A stretch of DNA of 64,000 bases, from positions 112,034,001 through 112,098,000 of the forward strand of contig NC_043003.1 in NCBI RefSeq assembly GCF_006345805.1, in the 5' to 3' direction. Shown here piece after piece: positions 1-13,061 of this stretch (positions within the stretch are counted from its first letter, which is position 1; the number at the start of each line of letters is the position of its first letter). This DNA comes from Octopus sinensis. Lineage: Eukaryota. The position numbers were made by a program, and so were the translations under genes. Below the pieces are notes generated by a model. It did not search any database, was not told the DNA's origin, and worked only from the letters and a program-made list of their open reading frames with translations.

Positions 1-1351
1 AGCAGAATGCATTCAATGCGACCCATTACTCCTAGTTTCGTGTACAGATAATAAACACATGGAATATATGGACAGCGATATGTTTACAAGTAAAGATGCC
101 ATCCACATACTAATAGAAAGCCGGAGCCAAAAAGTAATATCCGGAAGTACTGGGTGAAATTGTAACAAGATTTCTGTTAGGAGCGTGTTCTATATTTAAT
201 TACTTATTAGGTTATTTAGAAAGTGCTTAGATGGCAATGGAAAGGATGGCCTAAGAAGAAATTAGCAGCAGCTAGTGTTTGCCATCAATCAAATATATGT
301 CAGTTGAAACTCATCAATAAAACGAAAGACGTTCAGAAAAGAGATATTATCTACATTTAAATATCTGACATTATATTTATGGCACATTAAAATAATTCTC
401 GATATTTTGCAACCTCTTCAATGATCCATTGTCCCTATAAACTAAATCGAAAATAAACTTAACGATGATATTATCTCAAACGGTAAGTGCTTTTGTTTTA
501 ATCGTTCTGTAAATTACTGAAATCCTATTCGATCCGACATCTGTGCAAGAAATGTTACATTAATCCTCCGACTGCGTGTACCAAGATATTAGTTTTCATT
601 TATATTCTCCTATAAATAATTCAATCATGTTTTATTTCCCTATATTAGCTCAATGTTATACATTTTCTCTTTTGATAATTCCATTACTATAAAATATGTT
701 CCAAATATATGAAATATACTAAGTGGTATTTTACAATCAAGAAGTATGTTATGCTCTCTAGCTACATATACTCTGTACTTATAATGCCTTTCGTCTGCAA
801 ATATAATTTCAATGCAGAATTTAGGTAATGAATAATTTTTAATCTTCACTGCTTAAAATATCAAATGAACAATTTACAAAATAAACTTACACAAGTATAC
901 ATAGACTATAAAATTGACAGTAATATGAGATTCCTAAATGTGTTTCATAAGTGTACTGTTACACATTGTTTGCAAATCATTAACTGAATATATTTTAAAA
1001 TATTGGATTTGATATTGAAGGGTTTGCTATGTTATGCGGCAACTTTCAGGTATGTCTTTGGCTTGCAACGTGTTACATATCTCTCTGCTTATCTCTATGA
1101 TAGACAGAATCAGAGAGAATGAATAGTGAATCACTAGAATTAAGCAAAGTTTTCAATAAGGAGAAAGGGGACGGATAGTTAACGAAGTCCTATATTAGGT
1201 ATTGCGATGGCAGCATACATTGCTGATTGATGCATACAAAAGACAAAGGAAGATGAAGTTGGACACATGCTCGCACAAATGATTTCAAAAATACTAATAT
1301 TATATTTGCTCGTGTGCATATAAGTATGCATATAAATATGTATATATATAT

Positions 1352-1412
<61 letters not shown>

Positions 1413-2265
1413 CATTGGACTCAGGCGGTCGTTGTATTCTTTGTTGTCTTGAGGTTCACAGCCAAACTGCTGGGTGGATTCGCGTGAAATATGGCACATA
1501 GATGTAGACGGGTGCATAGATTTTGCTGCGGTTTGTCTTTTTTCGTAGCCCCCATAGTTACCAAGAAAATCGATTAAAACTTTTCTAATGGAATTCCCCT
1601 GTTTGTTCTGCCATTAAAACAACCAGTTACTCACACAGCTGGCACATACCATTTCGCTAACAACAAGGAGAGTACACGATAACAGTCAGCTAAAATGTTC
1701 GCTATATTGTCTCTCTTCTTTCACCTGTTTGTGGAATTAATAATCTTAATCTTTAGGTACAGTTTCTCATTCAAACTACATTATAGACAGAATTGTCGCA
1801 TTAAGACAGTAGGGTGTTTTGAGGGAGATTTGGCTGCTATTTCTTCCAGCTATAGCTACCATGTAGAGGTCTGAACTTAATTTTCATTCACATATTTGCA
1901 TTTCAAAAATTTAACATAATCTTTTCCATAAATGAACTATCGTAAACATTTTATACAATGACCTCACCTTTCCTATGTATGTGTGTGTAACTTAAAAGAC
2001 GTCAATCAACACGACACACCTCTTCACTCACTCACTCTATCACTCTTTCTCCCCATTCTTCTCTCTTATATACACATGCGCAACCACGCATCCACACACA
2101 TATACGCACACACACATACACACACACATACACGTCCATTTCATATATCTTTCAATTTCTGCTCTCTACTAATAGATTTTTACGGATACAGCTGCTTACA
2201 AAAATAGGGATTAATGTATAATTTCTTTGAATATTCATAATTAAATCAATGTTTTAATGATTAGA

Positions 2266-2573
2266 CAGAGGGATGAGGAGGAGGGGGAGGAAATGAGTGA
2301 GGAGGGGGAATAGAAGGAAAGGGGGAAGAGGGGGATTGGGAGAAAGAGGAGGAGGAGGAAAGGGAGGAAGACGAGGCAGGGAGGAGGAGGAGGAAAGTGT
2401 GGAGGAGGAACGGGAGGTGGAATGGGGGAGGAGTAGGAAAGGGGAGGAAGAGGAGGAAAGGGAGGAGGAAGATGGAAGTGAAGGTGGATGAGGAGGAAGA
2501 GGAGCAGGAAGGGGAAAAGACGAAGAAGAAGAAAAAGAAGAAAAAGAGGTAGAAAAGGAAGAAGAGGAAAAAA

Positions 2574-2604
<31 letters not shown>

Positions 2605-2621
2605 AAGAAGAAGAAGAAGAA
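2266..2621 (+). repeat. Polypurine low-complexity tract (GGA-rich grading into (GAA)n)
   Basis: About 350 bp of almost only G/A on the + strand, ending in a pure (GAA)n run. ORF 2297-2491 is an artefact of it. Confidence 0.95.
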
Positions 2622-2759
2622 AAGTTAATAAAATAAAAATGAAAATAAAGATAAATATAAAAATATATTAATTATATATATTGATTTGAATTCTTGCTTA
2701 CTTATATGGATATATAAATTGGCAAGAATTTTATATAGTTATCCTATATAAAACCAATC

Positions 2760-2815
2760 TAAGCAGTTTAAGTAGTTTAACCTAGGTAGTTTAATCTAAA
2801 TAGTTTAACCTCAGG
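2760..2815. repeat. Short degenerate minisatellite (unit ~tagtttaacct)
   Basis: About 4 imperfect copies of tagtttaa(c/t)ct seen directly. Confidence 0.6.
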
Positions 2816-3379
2816 ATATTTTCGAAAGGAATCCACAAACACAAATACACAAAAGCTTGCTGCTATCTTAGCCTGCAACCAACTCTCCATCCATTAGGAT
2901 TTGAACGAATATTTGTCAAATTCTATCCCGAAGAGATTTTTACATTTTAAATCCATAATGCAATCTTAATTGCAAAATACGAATGAAGGTAAGAAATTGA
3001 AACGTACGTAAGCGATATGAAATTGACTATTATATAAATAAATTAATTTTTCTGTGTTCACACACTCTAGTTTCTTTATAGTGTGTGTGTTTGTGTGTAT
3101 ACCATGCCATGTGTGTGAACTGAACAGGTGATTTCAAATCAATAGGCACAACGCTGGTCATCTTTTGACAAGTCGCTACAATATTGACCATTCCAAAATA
3201 TTCCATTATTTTATTCTTAATGGACTGATCTCTCCTTTCTCCTGTGTTCTCAAGTACTATTAGTCTTCCCTATATTCGTATCGCTATCTTTATTTTTATG
3301 TTTATTTCATTTACTAATTTATTTTTCTTCTTCTTCTTCTTCATCTTCTACACACATGCTTTTGTATTTTCTCAAATAT

Positions 3380-3431
<52 letters not shown>

Positions 3432-3559
3432 AGTATGTATGTATGTATGTATACGTGTAGATTTGTATTTTTGTTTTATGTATGTCTTCTCATGCATATA
3501 GTTGCATATATAGACATCCTCATATCTACTTAAATGATAAACTTCTGGAAAGTTTTACA

Positions 3560-4830
3560 GATTATTTTTACAGTTCAAGTGATGGCTTGGATATGTAGTC
3601 TTGGAATCAGCTCTCTACTTTCTGGTTTTGGTATTTTGGCAGTATGTTACATATCACAATACCATAGTATTCACAGATATAAACCTGAATTTGTAACGTG
3701 AGTAAAGTAATTGCAGTTTTCTCAATAGTTCAGCATAAGTATTCTCTTTTTCACTGTTCTTCAGCTTTATGTTAAATCTGCCGGGCAACTGATTTCCACA
3801 GCTGTACACAGTTTCTCTTCTCTGTCCCAAATACTTATATCAGGTCTATTTTCTTTACATTTTATTGAGGTTTACACTGGGACATTCCATTTGTACTCTT
3901 TTTTAGCATCAGTGACTATGGTTTTTACCATTGTGTGTGCTCTTCTTCCTTTGTCCTCGGGGTTATCCTTCCGACCGATTTCATTATATAGTGTCCTAGC
4001 CACAACGTCATGTCTCATCGATAGATAATAATGTAGTAACATTTTCGAACAACTGCTTATGATGTGGGTAATATCTTCGGTGTTAGCTCTACAAAGTTTG
4101 CATCTGTTGTCACATTTTACTACTTTTCCTGCATCTCTGTCCCATTTGTGCATCAGGTATTTGGCTGATACCTCCTTATGCTACATTGCAAACAAATGGC
4201 CTTCAAAGTGGTAAGTAGTAATCCGGTTGTTGGCCCATGATAAATTGCTTTGATGATCAATGTTACTATCATCTAAGACCTTTCTTCTAGCATACCCATG
4301 CATGGTCTTCTGCACATAGAGGTTCATGCATTCTTCGGATGATATGTCGTGTTAGTGTTGCGCGAGTTCCTTGGGCGTGTATTTAAGGTTATCAGATAAG
4401 GAGTGCTGCTCAAGGTGCTGTTGTTGTCATCCACATTGCATGTAAATTTGGTCAAGGGATGCACTTCGACATTTGGTCCTTAAAAGATGTTGCCAAAGAG
4501 ATATGATGTCATATTCAAAGGTAGTTTCGATCGATGTTAACCTTCTGCCACATTGTTTTCCTTTTAGGTAGCGGTGGAAACTATGTCTGCTTATTAGTAT
4601 CTTCCAGGTTTTCATATCAGCAGCTCGGATCTCACCAAGCGTCCAATCAACTATATAGCAAAATTTCCGCTGACCAGATTCCAGCCCTCTATTTTTCGAG
4701 TATGTTGCAACCAGGTAAAGGCTCTTCTTCACCACATGCATATTCTTTGCATCCACAAAGAAATAGTGCGTAATTTTGGTATTCCTGTTTCCTTGTGAAC
4801 CACTGAGATAGCTTTCAGAATTCTTTAACA
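3560..4830 (-). mobile_element. 5'-truncated, degenerate non-LTR retrotransposon with restriction-like endonuclease (R4/Dong-like): RT C-terminus, CCHC knuckle, RLE
   Basis: Minus-strand fragments: HYFFVDAKN (RT DD region), HRYLKGKQCGRRLTSIE (cf. RLYLPRxxGGRGL), CRLCRANTEDITHIISSC...RHDVVA (CCHC), then WNVPV and a PD..EISCP-like endonuclease remnant. Many stops and frameshifts. Confidence 0.8.
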
Positions 4831-4874
4831 TGAATAGCATGGGGTTTACAGAGAATAGAAACAACATACACACG

Positions 4875-4957
4875 TATGTATGTATTTATGTATGTACGTA
4901 CGTATGTACGTACGTATGTTGTATGTATGTATGTATGTATGTATGTATGTATGTATG

Positions 4958-4988
<31 letters not shown>

Positions 4989-5022
4989 GTATGTATGTAT
5001 GTATGTATGCATGTATGTATTT
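4875..5022. repeat. (TATG)n microsatellite
   Basis: Direct tandem repeat. Confidence 0.97.
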
Positions 5023-5250
5023 ATATGCGCCTGCCCGTACGTACTTTCCCTGAACTTAACATGATAAATTTGGCTGCTATTTGGTACTGATGAAGTGATT
5101 TTATGGCACCTCTTTGAATTATACGTTTGTTCTGAAAATAATAAAGAGAATTACAGAAAATAAGAATATTTGGAGCATTGTTGCTCTCGTGGAGAAGGCA
5201 TTGTTAATACATCAAGCCCGCAACTACCCTATCCTCCCGTTTATAGCATA

Positions 5251-5620
5251 CTAGCAGTATCGCCCGGCGTTGCTCGGGTTTGTAAGGGAAATAACTATAA
5301 AGCATTTTTAGAGAGTTATAGCCAAAAAATGGAAAAAAAATTATGGTAAATTTTTTTTAGTTAAAAAGGTCGAGTTGCGTCCCCTAGACAGTCTGTGGTT
5401 TGTGTTTCTGATTCTCGACCCCATGTCGAATTTATCGATTTTTTTCAGAACTGGGGGAACTTTTCAAAATTTTCGCTGCGTTAGTTTTGAATTATGACAT
5501 TGGGCTATGTGTGTGTCAAGTTTCATCAGAATCGGTTGAAAGCCGTGGTGAGGAAGAGGGTACAACCTAACAGACACACAGAAACACACACAGACAAACT
5601 GCCGTTTATATATAGAGAGA
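5251..5620 (-). mobile_element. Non-autonomous Helitron
   Basis: On the minus strand it starts TC after an A and ends CTAG before a T, with a subterminal GC hairpin (CCCGAGCAACGCCGGG). Its 3' ~75 bp are shared with 49396-49790. Confidence 0.8.
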
Positions 5621-6334
5621 TATGTCAAAGCTTCTACGTTTGTTCGGCAAAATCAGTTTTTTTCCAATTGTACCTAATTGAATGCCAACGGTACTGCACT
5701 CACACACATACACACACGTTACCTGTGTGTGTGTGTGTGTACACAAACAAATATATATGTATTCAATATATATGCATGTATCGAGATATTCACTTCTGAA
5801 TTGGTTGAAGCATGCACTACCTATTACGCAGTTACTGTACTATATTTGACGATCAGATGAAAACTATGAAGAAAACATCCAGTAACTGGAAAGCCTTGCT
5901 AACTGCATATGTTTCGTCGCTGAGTCTGGCTGCTTTAAGCTACCTAATACAAAATGGTTCCCCTTCGGCATATGGTGGAATATTATAAAGCGAAGATGGT
6001 CATACGAGCTGTTAGACATTACAGTAAAATCCTCCGAGATTAGTACATTAGTAACGTTAGTAGTGCTAGACATATTCATTACAATATAGAGTAGTCTTCG
6101 AGGAAATACCTATTATGGTATTTGTTCGAAATTCACGGACTAGTCAACAAAACATAAGCAATAAAATATGTTGGATCAGTCTGTGAAATGAAGAATTTAT
6201 AGTGTTCAGGTCTGAATGCTTTATCTATTAGTTGCATCGGCAAGCGAGTTTGTTAATGTTTCCTTTTTCATTTTGCTAAGTAGGCAAAGACCGAGCCTGC
6301 AACATGAAGCGATATTTATTTTTATATTAGACTG

Positions 6335-6480
6335 GCAAGGGAATTAGTGGTTCCTATTCCCAATGTGCCCTCATTAAGCTACATATTGATTTCGAATATA
6401 CAGAGAAATCCAGAGAAATAATCATTTATATTGAGACCAGTACTTCACTAGTACTTTACTTTATCGACCCTAGGCTAATT
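6335..6480 (-). mobile_element. Degraded SINE fragment
   Basis: tactttactttatcgaccct resembles the core of better-preserved SINE copies in this window. Confidence 0.35.
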
Positions 6481-8189
6481 AAATACACATTTGACATTGA
6501 TGTGTTTGGAGCTAAAAAGAAATCTCAGTAATTAGATATTATGATATCCTTTGTTTGCAAATTTAAAGCCTCTGTGCACACCCACCCACCCATTATATAC
6601 ACCTTTTGGAGGGTATCGCAATTAAGAAGCAATGATATGGAACGTCGTTTTATGATTTATGATTTCTACAACTTATACTACCGATCCCTTCTTATATAAT
6701 TAGTCCTAAACACATCGCGATAAACTCTGCACAATTTTGTCCTTAAATATTATTATTAGTCTGCATGCCTTTTTCTTTTATAGTAATAACGATACTCATT
6801 TCAAATTATATTGCATTTTTTGTCCGACACAATACGAATTTCATTTCGGATACCTACCTTCTCTTCAATCGTATCTTACATAAAATAGTCGTCTGAGAAA
6901 AATGTTTTAAATTATTGAAATGTAGCCTCACCTATTTTCGTATGTTAACATTATTCGTTCGTTAAACATATCTGACAGCAAAAGCAATATGAAAATATAT
7001 AAGTTAATAGATTTTATATAGTACCACTATGCTTTCAAAAGCAAGCATAAAAGCATAATTATTGCTATTTTTCGTGCTATAAAGTAGTAAACAATATCCA
7101 ATATAGAGAGAGCTTCCTTTCTTAATATTCTATAGAATTCAATACGAATAGGTTGCAGCTGGACCGTATATAACCTCCTGTATTTTTATAGCCCATAATT
7201 ATATTCTTATCTGTTTCAAAAAAAGAAAGAGCATCAATAACATTTTAGGTCTGCTGAGCGCGCTAAAACAGATATAAACAGAATTAAATTGACTTCGGCT
7301 AAATTTCTTATTTATTCTCTTTATACAACATACTATAGTAAAGTGACAGGTAAATTCTTAATTCTCTTTAGATTGTGAAAAAAATAGCATCCTCCTCTAA
7401 TTATAGACAACTTATCGTCCATGATATTTTAAATTTTATTTTAATTTTTTTATCTATTCATAGAACGTTTTTTTTCCCTGCTGTAGTTTACAAAACACTA
7501 TAATTCAAAAGGATACCAAAGAATGCAGAAGTATTTTCTTCCAGAAGCAAAATGTCATTTTTAGACAGAATTTATCTATATATTCCAGATTTAGAAATTG
7601 ATTTTTAGTTATTCAAAGAATATCAAAATAAATGTTGCATATCATTAGTAAAATGGAAAATGTTTTACTTCAGTTATTTGTCTTTTGGCAATTAATTATA
7701 CCTAAAGTTCAGCCTTACTTCTATAATGTTACTATAGTTTTTATATCATTCCCGTCAACTATATTGCCCCTACTGCCTCTCAGTCATCCCATTACTCTAT
7801 CTTTCGGACCATATACATCCGCATTTTTGTGTTAATATCTGTCTGTCATTTTCATACATGTTTTTATTTTCATATTTTGAAATTTGTTTTCATTTTCTTC
7901 TCAATTATGTTTTTACAAAAATTCAAAATTCGATCATATCTAGTGTATACGAAATTTGCAATGGATTAGATATTAAACGTGTGATGCATTTATGAGACCT
8001 AATGTAACACACGCACGCATATTCACAGGACGAACCCTACACCAATCCAGTATTAAACACATAAAATCACAGACACATATATACCCATACATACTTATAT
8101 GCTACATGCCTTAAATGATTTTCATACGTCTAACTTATATCTTACATAACATATATATTTCTGACTAAGAAGCCATAGCCAAACATGAA

Positions 8190-10895
8190 GACGGCACATA
8201 CTGGTTAAATGGAGCAAATAACAATACAAGCACCTTCAAAAGATATAACGATTCCACCTAAAAATATATACCGAAAAGAATTCAATAACAAATTAACCGA
8301 CTTCATCCACCGCTTACGATGTATAGCCTTATTTTATGGCAAAAACAACCAAGGAGATACGACGTACCACCACAACAACAATGACTTTACCAAAGGAATT
8401 TTCAAAAGAAGAAAAAAGAACGCCACCAAACAGCCACTTGGATGCCTTCGAAAACGAACTATGGGATACTATTAAGAACCTACAATTCAAACGACATGCT
8501 CTAAGGAATAACATCTACCAAAAATAACTAAAGGACCTACTATACAAACTGAAATTGCAAAAGGGAATTATTGTACAGTCTGGTAAAACCAGGAATTCAT
8601 ACATTTTGGATATTAATTCATACGACCAACTGTTGCATAAAGAAATTACAAAATAATACAAAATAACACCCAATAACAACTTAAGATCTATGAACTTAGC
8701 AGTTAAGAATAATATGATAAACTACAACATAGAGGAGAAAGCTGAATCCTTCGTAAATTTCAGACCCCGCATAACAATAAAGGACCATAAACCAAATTTC
8801 TTAACAGATGCGAAAGTTAGATTAATATGCCCCAATAAGTCAGATCTATGTAAGTTTAGTAAATTATTATCAGATAAATGTATCCCTAACTTAAAGAATA
8901 AGATAGCCCTAGTGCTATGGTCCAACCTCTATGAAGCCTTAAACTGCTTCTTCAATATACAGAACAAGAACCACTACAAGTTCCTACAAATAAACATAGA
9001 AGATTACTACTCATTTACTAACCCTACGATCCTTAATACTGCTCTTATCTTCGCCGACAGTCATACCCAACTAACAATGAATGAAATTAATGTAATATTA
9101 GAAGCGATAAACTCCATAATAAATTTCAATAACAAACAATGGGTAAGGAAAGACACCCGTAATAACTTCGATATCACCATGGGAGCCCCGGATTCAGCAC
9201 AGATAACTGACCCACTTTAATATTTACTAAAATTTACTATCTACTATTACTATTTACTAAATTTAGTAAAATATTAAAAGGTATTTACTATCATATTTAC
9301 ATGAAGAATTGGAAGAAATCAGGGGTGGGGTATATAGGGACGATGCATTATATATACTAAAAAAATGTCTCAAACAGGAGATTAGAATTAACTAAGAAAA
9401 TGTTATATAATTTTAAAAAACGATTTGGCCTAACTATTACCATAGAAAAGGAGCATAATTCTATAAACTACTTAGATGCTAACTGCAACCTAGCCACGGG
9501 ACTACATGAAACCAACATGAATCCAAATACAAACCTTAAATGTATAAACGCATCAAGTAACCATCCGAACTTTATTAAAAGAGGACTGGTAGAAAACATC
9601 AGCAAGAGAACTTCCTGCCTCTTTTTTCCAACCACGATATCTTCAATAACTATAAGACATTCTACACTAGCGCATTACAAAAAGCTGCTTATGAGGAAAA
9701 AATTAAATATCTAAACTTTGAACACTATAGAAATAACCGGAATAACTTCAGTGCCCAAGACATTTATCATAACAGTAACTATACTCCAAATCACACTAAC
9801 AACCATAACAGCAATATGAACAACATTAATAAGAATAACAGTAACGATAACAGAAAAAAAACAGTAGGAAAACGAGAAGTTTCAAACGAAGATAAATAAT
9901 AACATTAAAAATGATAACATAAGTAATACCAACAATGCGAAAATTAGTAATATTAAGAATACTAATATGAATACTAATAAAAAGTTAAATATCAATAGGA
10001 TTAAAAATACCGCATCCCAAAAAACTAATATAATCCCTAGTTAAGAATGATAATACCAATCTATATAAATTAAGGAAACCGTACAGAAATAACCACAATA
10101 TAACTGATAGTAATAATAATAAAAATAACTATAGAAAGAAATATAATATTCATAACCATAACTTTATACTCTACAAGATTACTGAGGACAGTTTCTACAC
10201 CAAATCTAATAATACTAAAAATAAACGAAATAGCGATAAGATCTGGTTAATAATCCCTTTCACGATTAGGCTTAAAACAAACATAGTACATACCATAATG
10301 AGACTTATAGATATGCACGTGAACTTAAATAACAAATGCTCTAAAATCTTTAAAAATAATATTAGAGTGGACCATAGCTTAACTAGTAACCTGGCTACTA
10401 CCATAGCCACGATCAACAATAATAAGCTAGAGGCCTTCTATGAAACTAGGAAAAATAACAACATAAAACAGAGCAACCAATCGAGAGATATAATAAATGT
10501 CATCCCTAATAGCTTACCCTCAAATAACACGGACAACGGCCTCATAAATAATAACCCTCCTCAACACAACATACACACTATATTATAATGTTATACAGAA
10601 GCAACTAAAAACAAAATGATACTTAGATAATTCCCACCAATCAAGTTTCAGAAATAGAAGTAAAGCGAACACTACAGGACTTAGTAGCTACATTTGGTAA
10701 TTGAAAGATAATAATATCATCTATAGTTTGGAATGGCCTATCCTTGGCAAAACTTCCTCGTATAGCATTAACAATAAGCGCTGTGAAATATATATAAACG
10801 AAAAACTATTTATTTTAATGGCTACATCACCTCTTCTTAATAGGAGACGTAAAAATAATATTTTGTTTGCATAAAAGCCGATTCGTATTCTTAAA
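8190..10895 (+). mobile_element. Near full-length degenerate Penelope-like retroelement (RT + GIY-YIG region)
   Basis: Fragments NFRPRITIKDHKPNF..KVRLICPNKSDL, FLQINIEDYY, ITMGAPDSAQITD, G.YRDDAL, INYLD..SSNHP, WLIIPF..KTNI..LIDMH, and terminal SYIW.LKD..W.IL..SY....RC....NEKLFIL..LLNRR..CLHK follow the PLE domain order. Many stops. Confidence 0.9.
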
Positions 10896-10974
10896 GTATA
10901 GATAAATCTACTTTGTCCATATTTACCACTATCTCCTACGACGAGTGATTTGTGCTAATCATTACGAGTGCTTT

Positions 10975-11935
10975 CTGCTAATCGTCATGATATCGGTCAG
11001 TGTAAAAACAGAGTACGTAGTAGATGGTCATACACAGTCGTGGTCTCACTTGTGTTACTAACTATACTGCTATAGCAGAGTGGCGTTATAACATTCCGGC
11101 ATTAAGAGTACAACAGTGGCGACGAGGAATTACGAAACTCAATAAAGTTGTTTATTTTTGTTTTTTGCGCGAGATTTGTATGAGAAAAAGTGAAAGAACA
11201 ACACCAGTAGTAGCTACAACTACAGGAGCAACACCAGCAACAACAACAACAACAACAACAACTGAAAGAACAACAATTGCTATTACTGCAACAAATGCTG
11301 AGAAAATGTTCTCGCCACATTTTGTTGCAAATGCGATAACAATTTAAGTACGAAGAAGATGAAGGAGTTACTTTCATAGCTTACTGTAGAAGATACGGAG
11401 AAATCTTCAATAAAGAGTGCAAAGGTTGGGACGACGATATGAAAACATGTTTAATCTTAACGAAAAATTGGCTGCAGAAGAACATGAACAATACAGCAAT
11501 TACGTACTTCCGAAAAACCATTCTGACATAAATTCTAAAGATACAACAGCCATATCGTGTACAATTCTTAGTTATAAAAGCTCGTTGTTAAATATACGTT
11601 GGAAATGTTTGAACCAAGAAAAGAGGAAGAGAACTACATCACAAATGCCGGTAGAGTTAACAGAGAATGTGAAAAGTACAAACTGGACGAATGTTTAAAC
11701 TTAACGCCAAATATGTTCAAGTGCCGATATTTACTCAGAGACTAACTGCAGAAAAGACACAGAAGTAAGAACAAGATCCCTCTCTAAGTTGGAACAAAAC
11801 CAAACTGTATGAGAAGAGTGTGAAAGAATAGTAAATTTTAGACGTGACATAGATATACTTGAATATAAAGATTATCCCAAGTGAAACAAGTGCAAAAAAG
11901 CAGAATAGAAGTCTAGTGTGCACTAAAATACAGCA
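10975..11935 (+). mobile_element. Ty3/Gypsy LTR retrotransposon 5' fragment: LTR end, PBS and degenerate gag
   Basis: LTR-like end ...TACAACA (11115) is followed by PBS-like TGGCGACGAGG (11117-11127). Then a polyQ-type tract and gag-like peptides (EGVTF.AY.RRYGEIF, LAAEEHEQYSNYVLPK, NIRWKCLN, GRVNREC, EVRTRSLSKLEQN). The 5' LTR boundary is uncertain. Confidence 0.7.
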
Positions 11936-12080
11936 AAAACAGGACTAGAAAGTGAGTATTACAAATCTGATGAAGAAAAAGGGAACCCCTATGTCTTATA
12001 CGTGTCAGTTTATTTATGTCATTGTATATTTACAATGCAGTTTTTCATTTATTAGTAACGGCACGCAACACACACCAGAC

Positions 12081-12120
<40 letters not shown>

Positions 12121-12353
12121 GAAACACTCCTGTCACAACGTGGGACCTTGAAGACTGCTTAAATGCAAGAAAGTATACTAGTCCCTTAATATTTGATATT
12201 CAGTATTTCATCTATTCAATAATACAATCAATATTTCATTTCATTTTACTATTTATATACTATTTATACTATATTTTCCATATATTCTATATTCTACATG
12301 AATTTTATAAAGAATGTAAATAAAACATAAAAAACAGAGTTGGAATTCCTTTG

Positions 12354-12492
<139 letters not shown>

Positions 12493-12941
12493 ATGTATGT
12501 GAGTGTGTATACATATGTACTTACATATATACACATATATGCATTTACACACGCTTATGCAGTTATACGTATTATACTTACACCTGTCTATATGTGTCTC
12601 ACTCTCACTCTCTCTCTCTCCCTCTCTCACTCTCTCTCTCTCTCAGAACTGTGTAAGTAGGTCAGTGAAGTTTCAGTTAATAATGTAAGTGTACGAGAGA
12701 GATTGTTGGAAGCCTCCTGAGCCGTTGTGAGTATGTGTATATTTATTTGTTTGGCAACATATAATTATAACGAATGTCTCAATTGATGGCATAGATTATT
12801 GGTTCGTTCCAATTGTTACATTTCGTTCGCAAGTGGAAATGAATAGGTTTGAAGTAAACCTTGGCATTAATAAACACCTGGAAAATGTTTTCATACACTA
12901 ACGATATAGATTTCGTGAAGATTTAAGGAGACTCTCTCTTG

Positions 12942-13061
<120 letters not shown>

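Noticed and set aside
1-450. Minus-strand hydrophobic peptides resembling GPCR TM2/TM3 (TLAAANFFLG, SIYSMCLLSV)
   Set aside because: They need several frameshifts and stops, and there is no TM1 GN or DRY motif. AT-rich DNA yields hydrophobic translations by chance.
2810-2995. Apparent AG...GTAAGA exon
   Set aside because: All three frames contain stops and no partner exons were found. A non-coding exon cannot be excluded without RNA data.
5864-6079. ORF MNMSSTTNVTNVL... resembling a glycosylated receptor N-terminus
   Set aside because: It ends after 71 aa with no proper transmembrane helix or recognisable motif.
11024-11377. Thr-rich and Cys-rich ORFs suggesting a mucin or metallothionein
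   Set aside because: They are alternative frames of the CAA-rich tract in the Gypsy gag remnant.
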